From NCBI GenBank assembly GCA_964016885.1, contig OZ024743.1, forward strand, positions 288,238,001 through 288,302,000: a DNA stretch of 64,000 nucleotides. Reading direction: 5' to 3'. A program made the position numbers and the translations under genes. This document shows positions 27,884 through 41,693 of the stretch, piece after piece (positions within the stretch are counted from its first letter, which is position 1; each line of letters starts with the position of its first letter). This DNA comes from Eledone cirrhosa (taxonomy: Eukaryota). The notes beneath the pieces are model-generated. The model saw only the letters and a list, made by a program, of their open reading frames with translations. It made no database searches and was not told the DNA's origin.

Positions 27884-28351
27884 GTATGTACATACATACC
27901 TTACATAGATATACACAAACACAAATATATATGTATATAAATACATAAATGTCTCTCTCTATGTATATATGTGTGTTTTTGCGTGTACACATTTTGCGCA
28001 CACATACACACGCACGCACATACCCACCCACACACACAGATACACACACACAAACACATATATATATATATCGTAATTGTGTCCACATTCTATTTATCTG
28101 TGACAAAATTAATATATTTATGTGTGGGTGTGTATGTTGTTTCATTTAAGACACCCATAACACACGTTCAGATACGAGTACATAAACACACTCACACATG
28201 CACACACACACACACTCATATCGAAGGGAGAGTTTTGTTAGTGTATGCATAACCTATATACTTATTAAATATGCCTACAAATATCTGCACAAAATATATA
28301 TTTGAATTGTAACTTCCTATAGAAGCATATATTTATGTTTACATTTAAGCC

Positions 28352-28394
<43 letters not shown>

Positions 28395-29944
28395 GCGCAC
28401 ATATATATCCATCTCTCACTCTCTCTCTCTGTCTCTCTCTCCCTCTCTCTTCATATGTGTACAAAGTGTAATAATCGATAGCTTCAAACGCCGTAGCTCG
28501 ACTGGAGCAGGTGGCGCCATCAGGCGATCTACTGTTTATCGAATTCATGTGACATATGTAATAAAATTTTAAAGATTTAGTTATGTGATTACACAGGAGG
28601 CTGAATAAATTGGACTTGTAGGCTTGAATTCCACTAAATTATTAAGCAGTGATATAATTGAATACGGCGACAGCGGTAGCTGAACAGATAACGTTATGTA
28701 CGATGAAGTTTTTGAGTATAGAGACGATAAGACCGTTAGAGTAACGGACAATCAGCCGAGCACTAGTTGGTTTTGATTCCTATCCTTCCCTTCCCGCTAC
28801 ATATACACACAGTTTGTTCTCAGCATTGCAAAGTGTGCATAGCGGACATATTTAATTTCGATATTGCCACTCTCTTTATTTCTAAACAAATACCATAGAG
28901 CAGTAAACAATCTAGAGCTGTATGGCAGTGGCGGCAGCATTATCAAACTGAAGACTGTTTCATTCGTTAACTTGCAGTGTTGATGCTTTACATCAACCCC
29001 ACAGTCCCACGGAACAGCTCTTCTTATAAATCCGACAGATCTAAATTAAAAGCTATGTTGATGTTTAGCAAGAAATACAATTTCCAAGGAGCGACTTTGG
29101 TTATATATTCGACACATATAACATAGAATGTTCCGGCTATGACCATCCTGTCGTTTTGTATAGCACGTGTCACACTGTTCAAATGATATTGTTTTATTCA
29201 TAAGAGGATAATTTGTGAAATAGGAAAGATATTTGGTTGATAATTTGATCAGGCTTAATTGTATATTTTATATATTATGGCGGTGATTGTGTTGATACTG
29301 GAGGTGTTGGAGTGGAATGAAATATAGCTTTATTTTCATGTTTGTTAATGTATTAATTTTTAAATAAAGCTTGTGTAATGCATGCTACGGTTTTTGAACG
29401 ATTATTTTTTACGTTCGTTTATATATGATGGCTTGACAGGGGCGAATCTATGGAAGATGGAGGTGGGAGTAGAGATAAAGGTGACAACTTGTCATTATAA
29501 AATATAAATTCCTACTTGTAGATGTCTGGGGTGAGTGAGAGGGGATTGACACAACAGCAGATGGTTCATGAATATCAACAATCTTAACAACCTATAACCA
29601 TGAAGGCTTTATTCTTAAAAACCTTGTTATTCAGGGGCGTTTCCGTCAATACACCCCAGTTTTAACACCTGCTACACATGTGGGAAACTAGCCTTCGATT
29701 AGTCTTTAAATGACAACACTCAAGTAATATAGCCCTATTCCAAAATATATAGATTTCTCGTTTGCTGGACTGCCTGCTTCACACTGGGTAATTTTACTAC
29801 CCATTGCATAGTCAATAACCATTAACCAAAATCACACATTACTAGTTCCAGAATACTTGATTCCCCTGGTCTCGCTAGCTTAGCGGCAGTACATTGGGTT
29901 TCTACACTATAAGTAGTAATACCACAGAATCATTAAGAGGTAAA

Positions 29945-30150
29945 ACAATTCCTTCTTGCCTTTTCAAGATTTGTATATTTTACAACTCTCATACATGTCC
30001 TTGCGGCAATTAGAATTTGAAACATATTTGAAATATATCTCCTTGGCCTTGCGTATGTCAGAAACTGTTTACATTTCAACATCACACTTTTTACAAACAT
30101 TCGCCTCCGAAGCAATAGCATCTAACTTCCTAATAAATATATTCCCGTTT
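29945..30150 (-). mobile_element. pogo/Tigger-like transposase N-terminal (HTH) remnant
   Basis: Minus-strand pieces IRKLDAIAS...TVSDIRKAKE...KYTNLEKA resemble the CENP-B/pogo 'STVSDIRKNKE...KYxxLExA' pattern. Confidence 0.5.
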
Positions 30151-30880
30151 CTGATTCACAGTATAAAATGCAAATCCGAGAGATGCTTAATCATTGAACT
30201 AACAACTAAAATAGCAGGGTGACATAGGTTATTGTCATAGTGTACTCAGCGGTAATGTGTTCCTGGTGGAACTATTGCTAAAAAATAAAGACATAAACCC
30301 TGGGTTCTTGAGTCCTCTATTGACACATACATTGCCTGGAGTTCGTTTGCATCTAAAGTACACATGAATAGGAAAGCCCTGCTATTAGTATCTAGCACAG
30401 CATTTTAGCTCATCTTCATACGGTGTTTAGTATTCTTTGGTTCGATTCCTGGTTTCAGTCATTAGACTAAATATATTATATCTATTCAAATCTTAGCTAT
30501 TCTATATATAATAATAATTACATGAATGTTACCAGAATCATTTAAAAGCCCAATTAGAATTAATTATGCAATGAAGTTAATGACAATTATTCTTTGCGTT
30601 CATCCAGTAAGTATGAGCGATAAGTCCGGAAATGTTTTGATCGTATTCTGACCTCATTAGCGGGGCATAACCTTCACCGTACTTGCCGAAGTAGCAACGG
30701 TACTTTCACTAATTTAATATAATAGACTGCATATTGGTCGTCGTAGAAACTCACACACTGTCTTTCAAGCATACATACGCTCATACATACACAGACACAG
30801 ACAGAAACACACACACACCGAAAATATATATTCGTGATTGATTATGTATGAGTGCGTATGGCTGTTTGTGTGGGTATACA

Positions 30881-30925
<45 letters not shown>

Positions 30926-30945
30926 AGAGAGAGAGAGAGAGGGGG

Positions 30946-30978
<33 letters not shown>

Positions 30979-31818
30979 GGGAGAGAGAGATTTTTAAATT
31001 GAATGTCTGTATGTTTCTGTGCGGGAGAGTGCAACTGAGATAGACAAGGGGTAGAAGGGATGTACGTGCTAGAATAAACGTTTTTGTGTTAAATAAATGA
31101 TTGATTTGCTTTGATAGAAATAGACAGGCTAGACTATAGATAGAATATTGAATGTGTTGCTGTGTGTACTACACACACATACAAATATACATATATACAC
31201 AGAAATTCGCTTACATAGACACAAACACACGCATATATTGTGTGTTGGGTGTTTGTGTGAGTTGGAGATAATTGTGGACAATGTGTGACTGTGTACGTTT
31301 TGTGAGCTTCAATAAATAAATAGCTTTAAACCGGGACAATTAATAGAGAAGGTTTGTATGTGTCTGTATGTGTGTGAGAGATTCTGACTAAATATCGCTG
31401 TGTGTGTGAAATAATATGTCTGTATGTGTGTGTGTATGTGTGTGTGTGATGTATTGCGATTGTCTGTATATATGACGGATTGTGGCTGTATGTGTACATG
31501 TCTGATTTAGTGTGAGTGTGACTATATATGCTTCGGCGTGTGTACTTGTGATGTATTGTCAATTTATGTGTGAGACATTCTCACTATATATCTATATATG
31601 AGGTATTGTGAGAGAATGTGTGTATGTAAAAGGTGGCGTGACATTATGGTGCATGTGTATAAATATGTAATGCATATTTGATATTGATAACTAGTTTTAT
31701 GTGTTTCGGTTCTATCAATAAAACTGATTAGCGAAGATAATTAGGAACCTTCCATTTATCCATTCGCATATCCATCCGACCAACCATCCTTCTACACACA
31801 CACACACACACACACACA

Positions 31819-31913
<95 letters not shown>

Positions 31914-32394
31914 TCGCCTAATGCTGTCCCTAGGGAATTGAAAAACTTTCAAGTATTTACATTCGTTTACAATGAGACAAGTTCTGGGACAAATAATCAA
32001 CAATGTAAATGCCTCCATAATCATTCAAGAAAACAGATATTCGCTCTATTCTACAATAATGACGGATTGAAATTGGCGATGAGGAAAATGATGTTGATAA
32101 TGACAAAAATGAGGAGTAAATCCCTATATATTCTGCACGCATTTTCTTTGTACGGTCTGCGCATACTATGTACTGTAATACCATGAACGCCCATTATGTG
32201 GCATTGCCTGAAGATTCCATACCTGGATTGATCCATGTTCTCAACGTAACATCTCTGTAGACACATACAACTGGGCGCACCCTTTCATGTATAGCACACT
32301 GTGTATCTCTATGTGCCGTTATATATATATTTGTAATATTTTTAATATATTTTATATTTTATATTTTTTATATTTTTTATGTATATGTATATAA

Positions 32395-32588
<194 letters not shown>

Positions 32589-32745
32589 TATATATTACAC
32601 AAAGAGAAGTGTGTTACACAGTGAGATGTGTGTAAAGAATTATTATACTTGCATTTGAGCTCAGAAGGAAATTCTCTATTCTTCTTTGAGCTAATACTAT
32701 TATTATTATTACAGTGGAATGCGGAATACTCTTAATTCCGATCTT

Positions 32746-32828
<83 letters not shown>

Positions 32829-33371
32829 ATGTATTTTTTATATGTGTACATGTATGACCCATTGTGCATCATTATATGACTTTGTGTGTATATTCTGTTT
32901 ATGTATGTATATATATATTTTATGCGTGCGTGGGTGTGTATGGGAATATGCGCATATTTGTAAGAGTGTATATGGGACAGTGTGTATGTGTGTGTGTGTG
33001 TACAAGCACCCCTGTAGGGAAAGGGCTTGTTTGTGTGTGTATATATATATATGCGTGTTTGCGAGCGAGTGTGTATCTGTGCGTGTATATATGGGTACGT
33101 GTGTGTATGAGTGTGAGCGTGGGTGGAGGGGGAGGGGGGTCTATGTATATGTCTGTACGTGTTTGTGTGTACGTGTATATATATACGCGTATGCATGTGT
33201 ATGAGCATGTGTGTGTGCGTGTTGATGTATATAGGCCTGTGGGCATGTGTCTATGTATGTACGTGCCTCTCTGGATGAATGTATACGTACGTTTATATGT
33301 TTATGTTTATATGTTTTCCTTAATGTGTGGGTATAGCAGGAGTCTATGCGTACGACTGTCGTTATCTATGT

Positions 33372-33436
<65 letters not shown>

Positions 33437-33624
33437 TGCGCGCGTGCATGTGTGAACACAGCTGTAATTCATTGAAGTGTAGCAGACATGGGACAGCGGA
33501 CTGGTACTTGTGGTCAGAATTATGATGACGTAGACAACCACCGGCCAATCACTGGACGCGCGAAGAGGATGAAGTTTTTGATGTTACTGGCCCAGAGGGT
33601 CAGATAACCCAGTGAGAGATTATG

Positions 33625-33775
33625 CTCCGAAACCATTAGACGTGTCCGTCGAACATGCGGATCCAGAATCAGACAGATCCACACAATGATCGCGTCTCGA
33701 GCTGTCCGCCGGCGAAACAATTGTAACACACAATAAATTGAGTTCAGATGGATGCATCACTGATTTTTCGTTTAT
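33625..33775 (+). repeat. Dispersed repeat ending in (TA)n, second copy at 40831-40980; PLE-end-like (GGCGAAACAATTGTA)
   Basis: Near-identical 150-bp copies carrying the 3' half of a hammerhead core. Confidence 0.7.
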
Positions 33776-33944
33776 ATATATATATATATATATTTATATG
33801 TATGTGGGTTATATATGTGTGTGAGTGTGTATGTGTTTGCAAATAAATACGTGTGAGGATGTATTTGTATATATATATATATATTATTTATTATGCCTAA
33901 TTGATGAGTCTTGTTACTCTGGAGTTTCACAGGATCACCAGGCG

Positions 33945-34860
33945 TATATTGGCTCCTTTATAGTATGTGTTGTCCTGTACCATGTTGGTGTAATGCTTAC
34001 TGTCCATAATGACAACAGAGCCTCCTTTGTCGGCTTCTTTTATGATAACGTTTTTGTCCTGTTTCAGATCGTTTAAACACTCTCAGCGTTGCCTAGTTAA
34101 GTTGGATTTGTTTGTGGCTTTTCAAGTGTATCAACTGGGATATTCGAGATATAATCACAAAATCCATCAAGGGCTTCATTTCTGCCTTTTAGGGGTTAAT
34201 ATTATTTTTTGTTTCTAATTAGTGATTCATCGTTGTCTTCATTTTCGAAAGATTCTTCCAGCAGAAGTCCGAAATATCTTCTTAATTTCTGGTATATTTT
34301 GTTTTTGAGGAGTGGGTGTAAAATGTAGTCCTTTACTTAGAATGTCTATTTGTATGGGTATTAGCGAGTTTTGTAAGAGATTGATTATTTTTGGTTTCCC
34401 ATCAGATCCCCTATTTCTGGTTTCTCTCTCAAAAATGGTCGTTAGGATAGGGTTTATCTATATTATTCCTACTATTTTTTTATATTGTGTATATCCATAT
34501 TGTACATATCATTCTGTTCCTTATGTATTGACTATGATTCAGTTTGAAATTATTTCTGTAATTCTGATAATAGGGTCCGTTCTCTCTGATGTTTAGATTT
34601 CTGTTTGTTGTTCTGTCATTATATGTATTTCTTTCGTGGCAATTTCTTTATAGGTGATTCTGGTTTCGTCTGGAATTATTTTTATATATCTGGCTTTGTA
34701 GTAAGTTGTTTCCCCTTGATTATTGTGTTCAAATAGTGGTGGTTGTCTTAGAAATTCATTGGTTCGCATTTTGTCAAATTTTCAGTCTGGATTTAGTCCA
34801 TACTGGAATTTTCTGTGTTGATAGGATGGATATACACACACATAAAACTAAACTTACATA
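33945..34860 (-). mobile_element. Penelope-like element ORF N-terminal fragment
   Basis: Minus strand gives KNVIIKEADKGGSVVIMDSKHY (DKG motif) and, upstream, LSKGLHFTPTPQKQNIPEIKKDISDFC-like sequence. Confidence 0.7.
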
Positions 34861-35197
34861 TCTTACTAAAAGACAAGAAAGTGGAAAACGTTTTACAAAA
34901 GCACCCAATCATGAAAAGTAAACGACAACCAAAATCGCTAAAAAAGGACTAACGAATGAAAAACTGGAAACCATTTCTAACGAAGTAAAAAGATGCAATC
35001 GACCTCACTGCGAACTATGCAACTATAAACATTTTCCGAAAGAATGTAACGAACATTTTTTCGAAAGGGCTGAATATGCTTTTGAAACAGCTGAAACCGG
35101 TAAAAGTAAACAAAAATATATAAATATCTATCAAATTACTTGGCAGAGGATTACAGAAACCTTCTAAAATAATCAAAATGTCAGTCATCGAATTTTC

Positions 35198-35267
<70 letters not shown>

Positions 35268-35277
35268 TATATATATA

Positions 35278-35470
35278 TAATTGTTTCTACTTTTGGCACA
35301 AGGCCAGCAAATTACCCAGTGCATTACTGGTACTTTATTTTATCGACCCCGTAAGGTTGAAAGGCAAAGTTAACCTCGGCGGGATTTGAACTCAGAATGG
35401 AAAGGGGTGTAACTCTATGCGTCAAAGCATGGCGTCCGACCCTCTACTGATACTGCCAATCCACCGCCCT
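35278..35470 (-). mobile_element. tRNA-derived SINE, full length
   Basis: Full family consensus from GGGCGGTGGATTGGCAGTATC to GTAGAAACAATT. Confidence 0.9.
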
Positions 35471-35689
35471 TATATATATAATAGTAATATATAAGGGAGC
35501 AAAGAATCAGTGTTGTATCATATACATATTTAATTACATATTACATATGTTTCACTGTCCATAGAAGTTTCTTTTTGGACGCAAGTCTACGTGTGAAAAC
35601 ACATGTCTAAGGAGCTTTCGATTCCAGAGTCAAGAACTAGCATAATAGATCGTTCCTTGAGCTGATCGGCAGTGAAACATATGTAATAT

Positions 35690-35803
35690 GTGCATTAGAC
35701 TCCAGCGGGATTACATTGAAGGAGAAAACTCTTGGTGTGAAGTTTGGGTTGAAATAAATCTTTTGTGACATCAGTCCTGGAACATTTCTGACCCACCACG
35801 TAT
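35690..35803 (-). mobile_element. mariner-type terminal fragment
   Basis: TACGTGGTGGGTCAGAAATGTTCCAGGACTG resembles mariner TIR starts; no partner TIR seen. Confidence 0.35.
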
Positions 35804-36244
35804 ATATACGTGTATATATATATATGCATGTGTGTGCGTAGGCGTATGTGTGTGCGTGTACGTGTGCGTGTGTGTGTATGTGTGTATGTATGTGTTTGTT
35901 TATGTGCATGTGGGTGATTGCATATTCGTTAGAACGTCGGATAGACGGCTTTGCGGTATTCGTTCCGGCTTTCTTAATTCTGAGTTCAAATTCTGCCAGG
36001 CTCAGTATTGCATTTCATTTTTCTGAGGTCGAATAAAAAAGTACCAGTCCAGTTCTGGAACCAATTAATTCTCAGTTCTGTATCTCTTTCTCACTTCCTC
36101 TCTATCATTCCGTTTTGTACTCTGTAAGATTTCGGATGTGTTCAGACCAAGAGAGGGGATGAGCTACGCCCAAGACATGCAATATATCACTACGGTGCCC
36201 CAGCAGCTCAATCGGCGATATGGTACCAATGACATCGTAACATA

Positions 36245-36385
36245 TTTTTCCAGCTTAGAGAACTGTAGCAACGTAAAATAAGTGTCTTGCTCAACGATAC
36301 AATGTGTTGGCCAGTCCAGGAATCGAACACACAACCTCACGATTGCGAATCCAATGTTTTAACAACTAAGCCGCACGCATTCACA
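36245..36385 (-). mobile_element. Degenerate tRNA-derived SINE (third type)
   Basis: GGCTTAGTTGTTAA (box A), GTTCGATTCCTGG (box B), TTGAGCAAGACACTT. Confidence 0.55.
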
Positions 36386-36557
36386 TCCCCGCGCACATAA
36401 TCTGACAATATAAATTGTTTCAGTTATGATATTTTTGGAGATTTGAAGATTTTTCCTGTTCTTATATTTTTCTATAAATTATTCAGTTTTTCTGGATACG
36501 GGAGTAAGTGATATTAAGGGTTTCATATCATCATATAGAGACATATTTCCATATATT

Positions 36558-36862
36558 AATAATTGTTACTACTTTTGACATAAGGCCAGCAATTATCCCA
36601 GTGCATTACTGGTACTTTATTTTATCTCACCCCGTAAGGTTGAAAGGAAAAGTTAACCTCTAGCAGATTTTTTACAATTGTTTTTATCTTTTCCTGTGAA
36701 ATATACAAAAAACAAACAAAATGTCATCATACCTTTTATGTTCATGAGTTAAAAATCCCTTGCTTTTCATCTTTACAGATTCGATAAAATAAAGCACTAT
36801 TAACGAGCTGTGGTCAATTTAATTGAAATTACTGGCCTGATGCCAAAAGTAGAAACAATTAT
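36558..36862. mobile_element. Two partial SINE 3' halves in opposite orientation (36558-36670 minus; ~36750-36862 plus)
   Basis: Family body and tail motifs. Confidence 0.7.
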
Positions 36863-37738
36863 TTAAGGGCTCTGATCGAGCGTGAAATTTGTAATATTCA
36901 CACACACACACAAACACTCACTCACACAAACACATACACGCGCGCTTTCACTCACATATACACACACTCGCACATACACACACATTTACACAGATAAACA
37001 CATGAAAGAACAGATCCACTGAAACACATTTTCAATAGACTTGTATTTATCTACTTTAACGGCTTCCTTCAATATATAATTCTCTCTCTCTCTACATACA
37101 CACACACACTCACACACACCCATACACTCACACCCACCCATATATATATAACAGGAATAAGGATAAAATGAGAGATAGAATCACGGAGAGAGAGGGAGGG
37201 CGGCGGGCGAAACAAGCGACAAAGAATCTGGATTAACTGCAAACAACCAAGATCGTTAACATTGCAAGTCTCTCCTTCACTTTTTCTAAAGAAAATTCAA
37301 TTAGTTTTACATGGTGGAAACTGAAGAAAAATGAAGTAGTGAATTTTCTTATTCTGTTTCCAAATATTTCTCTTAGTATATTTTTAAATACGTCGAGGGC
37401 TGAAATTCGAGGACCCAGCTGTTGTTTTTTCATGAAAACGGTGAATGTTGAAATTATCCATTGATACTGTTGAGAATTATGATTGAATTCTAACTGATCA
37501 CAACGCCACCAGATATTTGAGATATTCCAGTGTTTCTGCACACAAACACGAATAATGAAACACACACATAATCACATAGTGACAGACACACACACATACA
37601 CACACCTATCCTCACGTCCATAAGTGCATATATGTAAACTCATGTGAATATAATCCGACACAAACTCCCATTCATGAACATCTATATATGTGTGTTTATA
37701 TAAATATACACATTTACATACTTACATACACAAGCCCG

Positions 37739-37803
<65 letters not shown>

Positions 37804-38029
37804 TATTTAGTGATGGATATGTACTTATAACACATGTATAATATATATTTGTATATACGTATATGCGTGTAAATCTTCATTTCTACACAAGGTCCAGGTA
37901 TCCTATAAGGCTAGTATTATTCAAAAGACAAAGATTCTCCAATTCCGACAATCACATTATTTGTATTCCCTAGCAGATCCTACATTATATTTTGTTTCGA
38001 TCAATAAATCGTGCGATTTCAAAGCGTTT

Positions 38030-38220
38030 TATATACCCGTATATGGTCTACGGCAATGTTCCCTCAATATCCTCAAGAGATTCTACGCCAAACCAAAATG
38101 TTCTGAGAGAACTGAGGTTGGAAACAAGGAGTTTTTCAACATTCTAAGGACCTTCAACATCACTAAGAACGTATGCGAAAATGTAGCATTGGATTATATG
38201 TGTTGAAGAAAGCCTGCCAG
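38030..38220 (+). mobile_element. Highly degenerate RTE ORF C-terminal remnant
   Basis: ILKRFYAK...FNITKNVCENVALD resembles 'LPKxxFYGEL...FNIxxxxWExxAxD'. Confidence 0.35.
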
Positions 38221-38304
38221 CCATTGCGCTACCCAGCGCAGGACGATGTAAGACTAAGTAAGATGGCTGATGACTGAGTCTGATTTTGGCATAGAAACAA
38301 CAGG

Positions 38305-38471
<167 letters not shown>

Positions 38472-39180
38472 GTGAATGTGCGTTCGATTATACACCGCCG
38501 TATATTGAATCATATATCTATGTATACGGATGTATATTACACCCCCACGCATTCTCTCCCTCTCACTCTCTCTCGCTCTCTCTCTCTCTCTCACGCACAC
38601 ATACACACAAACATACACACACACATTCACTCGCAGAAAAGCACAAACCCATATATCCATGTATATCCATATATATATATATATACACACACCAACTGTG
38701 TTTCAGTGAGCTTGCATGATATTCTATGAAGCAAGTTAAGATAATTATGGTGACAACTTGGAGATGAATGAAAGAAGAAAAGAAGAAGAATGAAAGACAT
38801 TGATAAAAAGTGAAAGAGATGCAGACAGAGCGAGATACAGTGAGAAAGAGAGGCAGGGGGAGCGGGAGACAGTGAGAAATATAGATATAGTCAAGGTGAA
38901 ATTGCAACAAATAAATATCACAACAATAAAAACAGTAAGGGGATATAAAAACCATGTGTAGAAGATAGAGAAAAGAGAATGATAATTTGCGAGAATATAG
39001 TATGAACGGCGTGGTAGCGTGAGGAATGGAAGAGCTATCGTTGAAACGGTGCAAGTTAAACGATAAAGAATCTCCAAGGACTAGAGGTGTGAGTGATAGA
39101 GGAAAAGATAGAATGAGAGAGAATTATACAATGAGAGAGATGGCAAGTGATTGACTCTGTGAATATATATACACACACAT

Positions 39181-39212
<32 letters not shown>

Positions 39213-39826
39213 GTGTGTCTGTATGTGTGTGTGTCAATGTATGTATATGTTTATGTGTCTGTATGTGTGTGTATTTAACTATGTAACTATCTATGAATCT
39301 AAGCATCTATATATGAAAATATTGACTAAAGAAGATACACATGCTTCTTCTTTCCTTTATATATATATATATTCATACAATCATACACATACACACCTAC
39401 CCACACACACAGAAATACACACCCACACTCACATACACACATAGATTTATTACACTAACTAAGGTATCATTTAGTTACGATTGCTTCTTTGGCTGCCGAT
39501 TTCAGACTTTCCTGTGACAGGCTCCATATCCTCACCCTAATAGTTGACAATACATAGTGGAATCAGTATAAGCCGTGGAATGGGGGCCACTTCAAGAAAG
39601 TTTTTAAAGAAGCAGCTAAATAAACATTGTTAGCGTAAGTATCTTTATACCACAACATGCCCCACGTATTGAGTGCTTTCACGAATTCGGGTATCCTTTA
39701 CCAAAGTACACTACAGCATACACACATACGCACGAACCCTCACCTCTACTCACATTATATGTATATATATATATATATTCCTTCCATATACTGTACCGAT
39801 TGTGTTGTTATTTCTGTTTACCTTTT

Positions 39827-39899
<73 letters not shown>

Positions 39900-40490
39900 A
39901 ACCAGAGGTATATGATTTTTAAAGCGGGGAAATACCAATGAAAGTTGGAAGATCACTGATGAAGGACTAATTTTATTCATATGTAACGCATGTGCAACCA
40001 CGCAACACTCCATTTTTCTTATATTTATATTTTTTCCTCAGCTGCGATTGTCGGTTTCTTTCTTACTGCTTCCCATCTCTCTGTAGTTGTGTGTGTTTAA
40101 AAAGCAGATTAAGTGAGAGGGACTACAGAAAGCGAGAAATAATTCTATGAGGTGCAAATAGTGATGAAAACGATAGAAAACATTTTTTATAGCTCACATG
40201 TTCTGTTATTCTTTTATTTGTTCCAGTATACCATTGTGCCCAAGCTGGGGCATTAACGTCAAAAATTGTCGTTCACCATTTGATCCCAGAACTTATGAAA
40301 TCCGGATATTTGTGTTATCGTTCTCAATTTCTCGCATCACGGAATTTCGGAACATATTCAACACACCATAATTGACTGTACAAGCAAAAAAAACAAACAG
40401 ATTCTGACGTTCACGTATAGAGACACTCAAGCACATACATAGATACACACGCATATAAAACACACAAACAGACATATCCCCCCCGCCACT

Positions 40491-40538
<48 letters not shown>

Positions 40539-40587
40539 CATATACATATATAAGTAAGTATGTTTTGAAACAGTGAGCGAGTTTGAA

Positions 40588-40817
40588 ATTAGAAAATATA
40601 TAGCTTTCACCGTATTTTTGACTAAAGGAATTTTAGCTTGATAACGGGGTTTAGAACCCTCAGATAAATGGAAAAAGATGAGTATTGACGTACATGAGTA
40701 TTGACTCCCATGTACGTCAATACTCATCTTTTTCCATTTATCTGAGGGTTCTAAACCCCGTTATCAAGCTAAAATTCCTTTAGTCAAAAATACGGTGAAA
40801 GCTATATATTTTCTAAT
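40588..40817. repeat. Perfect foldback palindrome, ~110-bp arms, ~11-bp spacer
   Basis: ATTAGAAAATATATAGCTTTCACCG...GACGTACATG followed by its exact reverse complement. Confidence 0.95.
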
Positions 40818-40989
40818 ATACATATATATATTATGCTCCGAAATCATTAGACGTGTCCGTCGAATCTGCGGGTCCAGAATCAGACAGATCCACACAATGA
40901 TCGCGTCTCCAGCTGTCCGCCGGCGAAACAATTATAACACAAAATAAATTGAGTTCAAATGCATCACTGATTTTCCGTTTTCTATTCTA

Positions 40990-41045
<56 letters not shown>

Positions 41046-41554
41046 ATTATACATACACACTGGAATTGAGAATATGATATACCCATCACCTCATTTTGTG
41101 ATACATATATTTCAAGCGTTCATTTCATTCATTCATTCATTCATTCATTCATTCATTCATTCTTCTTCTTCTTCTTCTTCTTCTTCTTCTTCTTCTTCTT
41201 CTTCTTCTTCTTCTTCTTCTTTCTTTCTTTCTTTCCTTCTTTTGTCTTTCTTGTATTTTCTTTCCTTCTTTACTTTACCAAATATATTTCCATTCCTCCT
41301 TCCTTCATATTTCTCCCTCTGTATACATAATTTCCCTTTACTTCTAATCTTCTTTTTCTTTTAATGCTCTTATTGTATATTTTATCTGCCCATTGCTGTA
41401 CCAAGAAGACGAGATATCGGAATTAAAGGTATTTAAACAATGTTATTCCTTCTGATATTGTTTTCAACGATTGTAAAACTGAATAAAGAAACTAAATAGA
41501 AAGAGAACAAGAAACTAAATAAAAAGCAGAAAAATAACATGTAAAATATATGTA

Positions 41555-41618
<64 letters not shown>

Positions 41619-41693
41619 ATGTAACACCTCCACTTTGTTCTTATTAGATATGGATATATGAATATATATATATGTATGTATATATTATGTATG

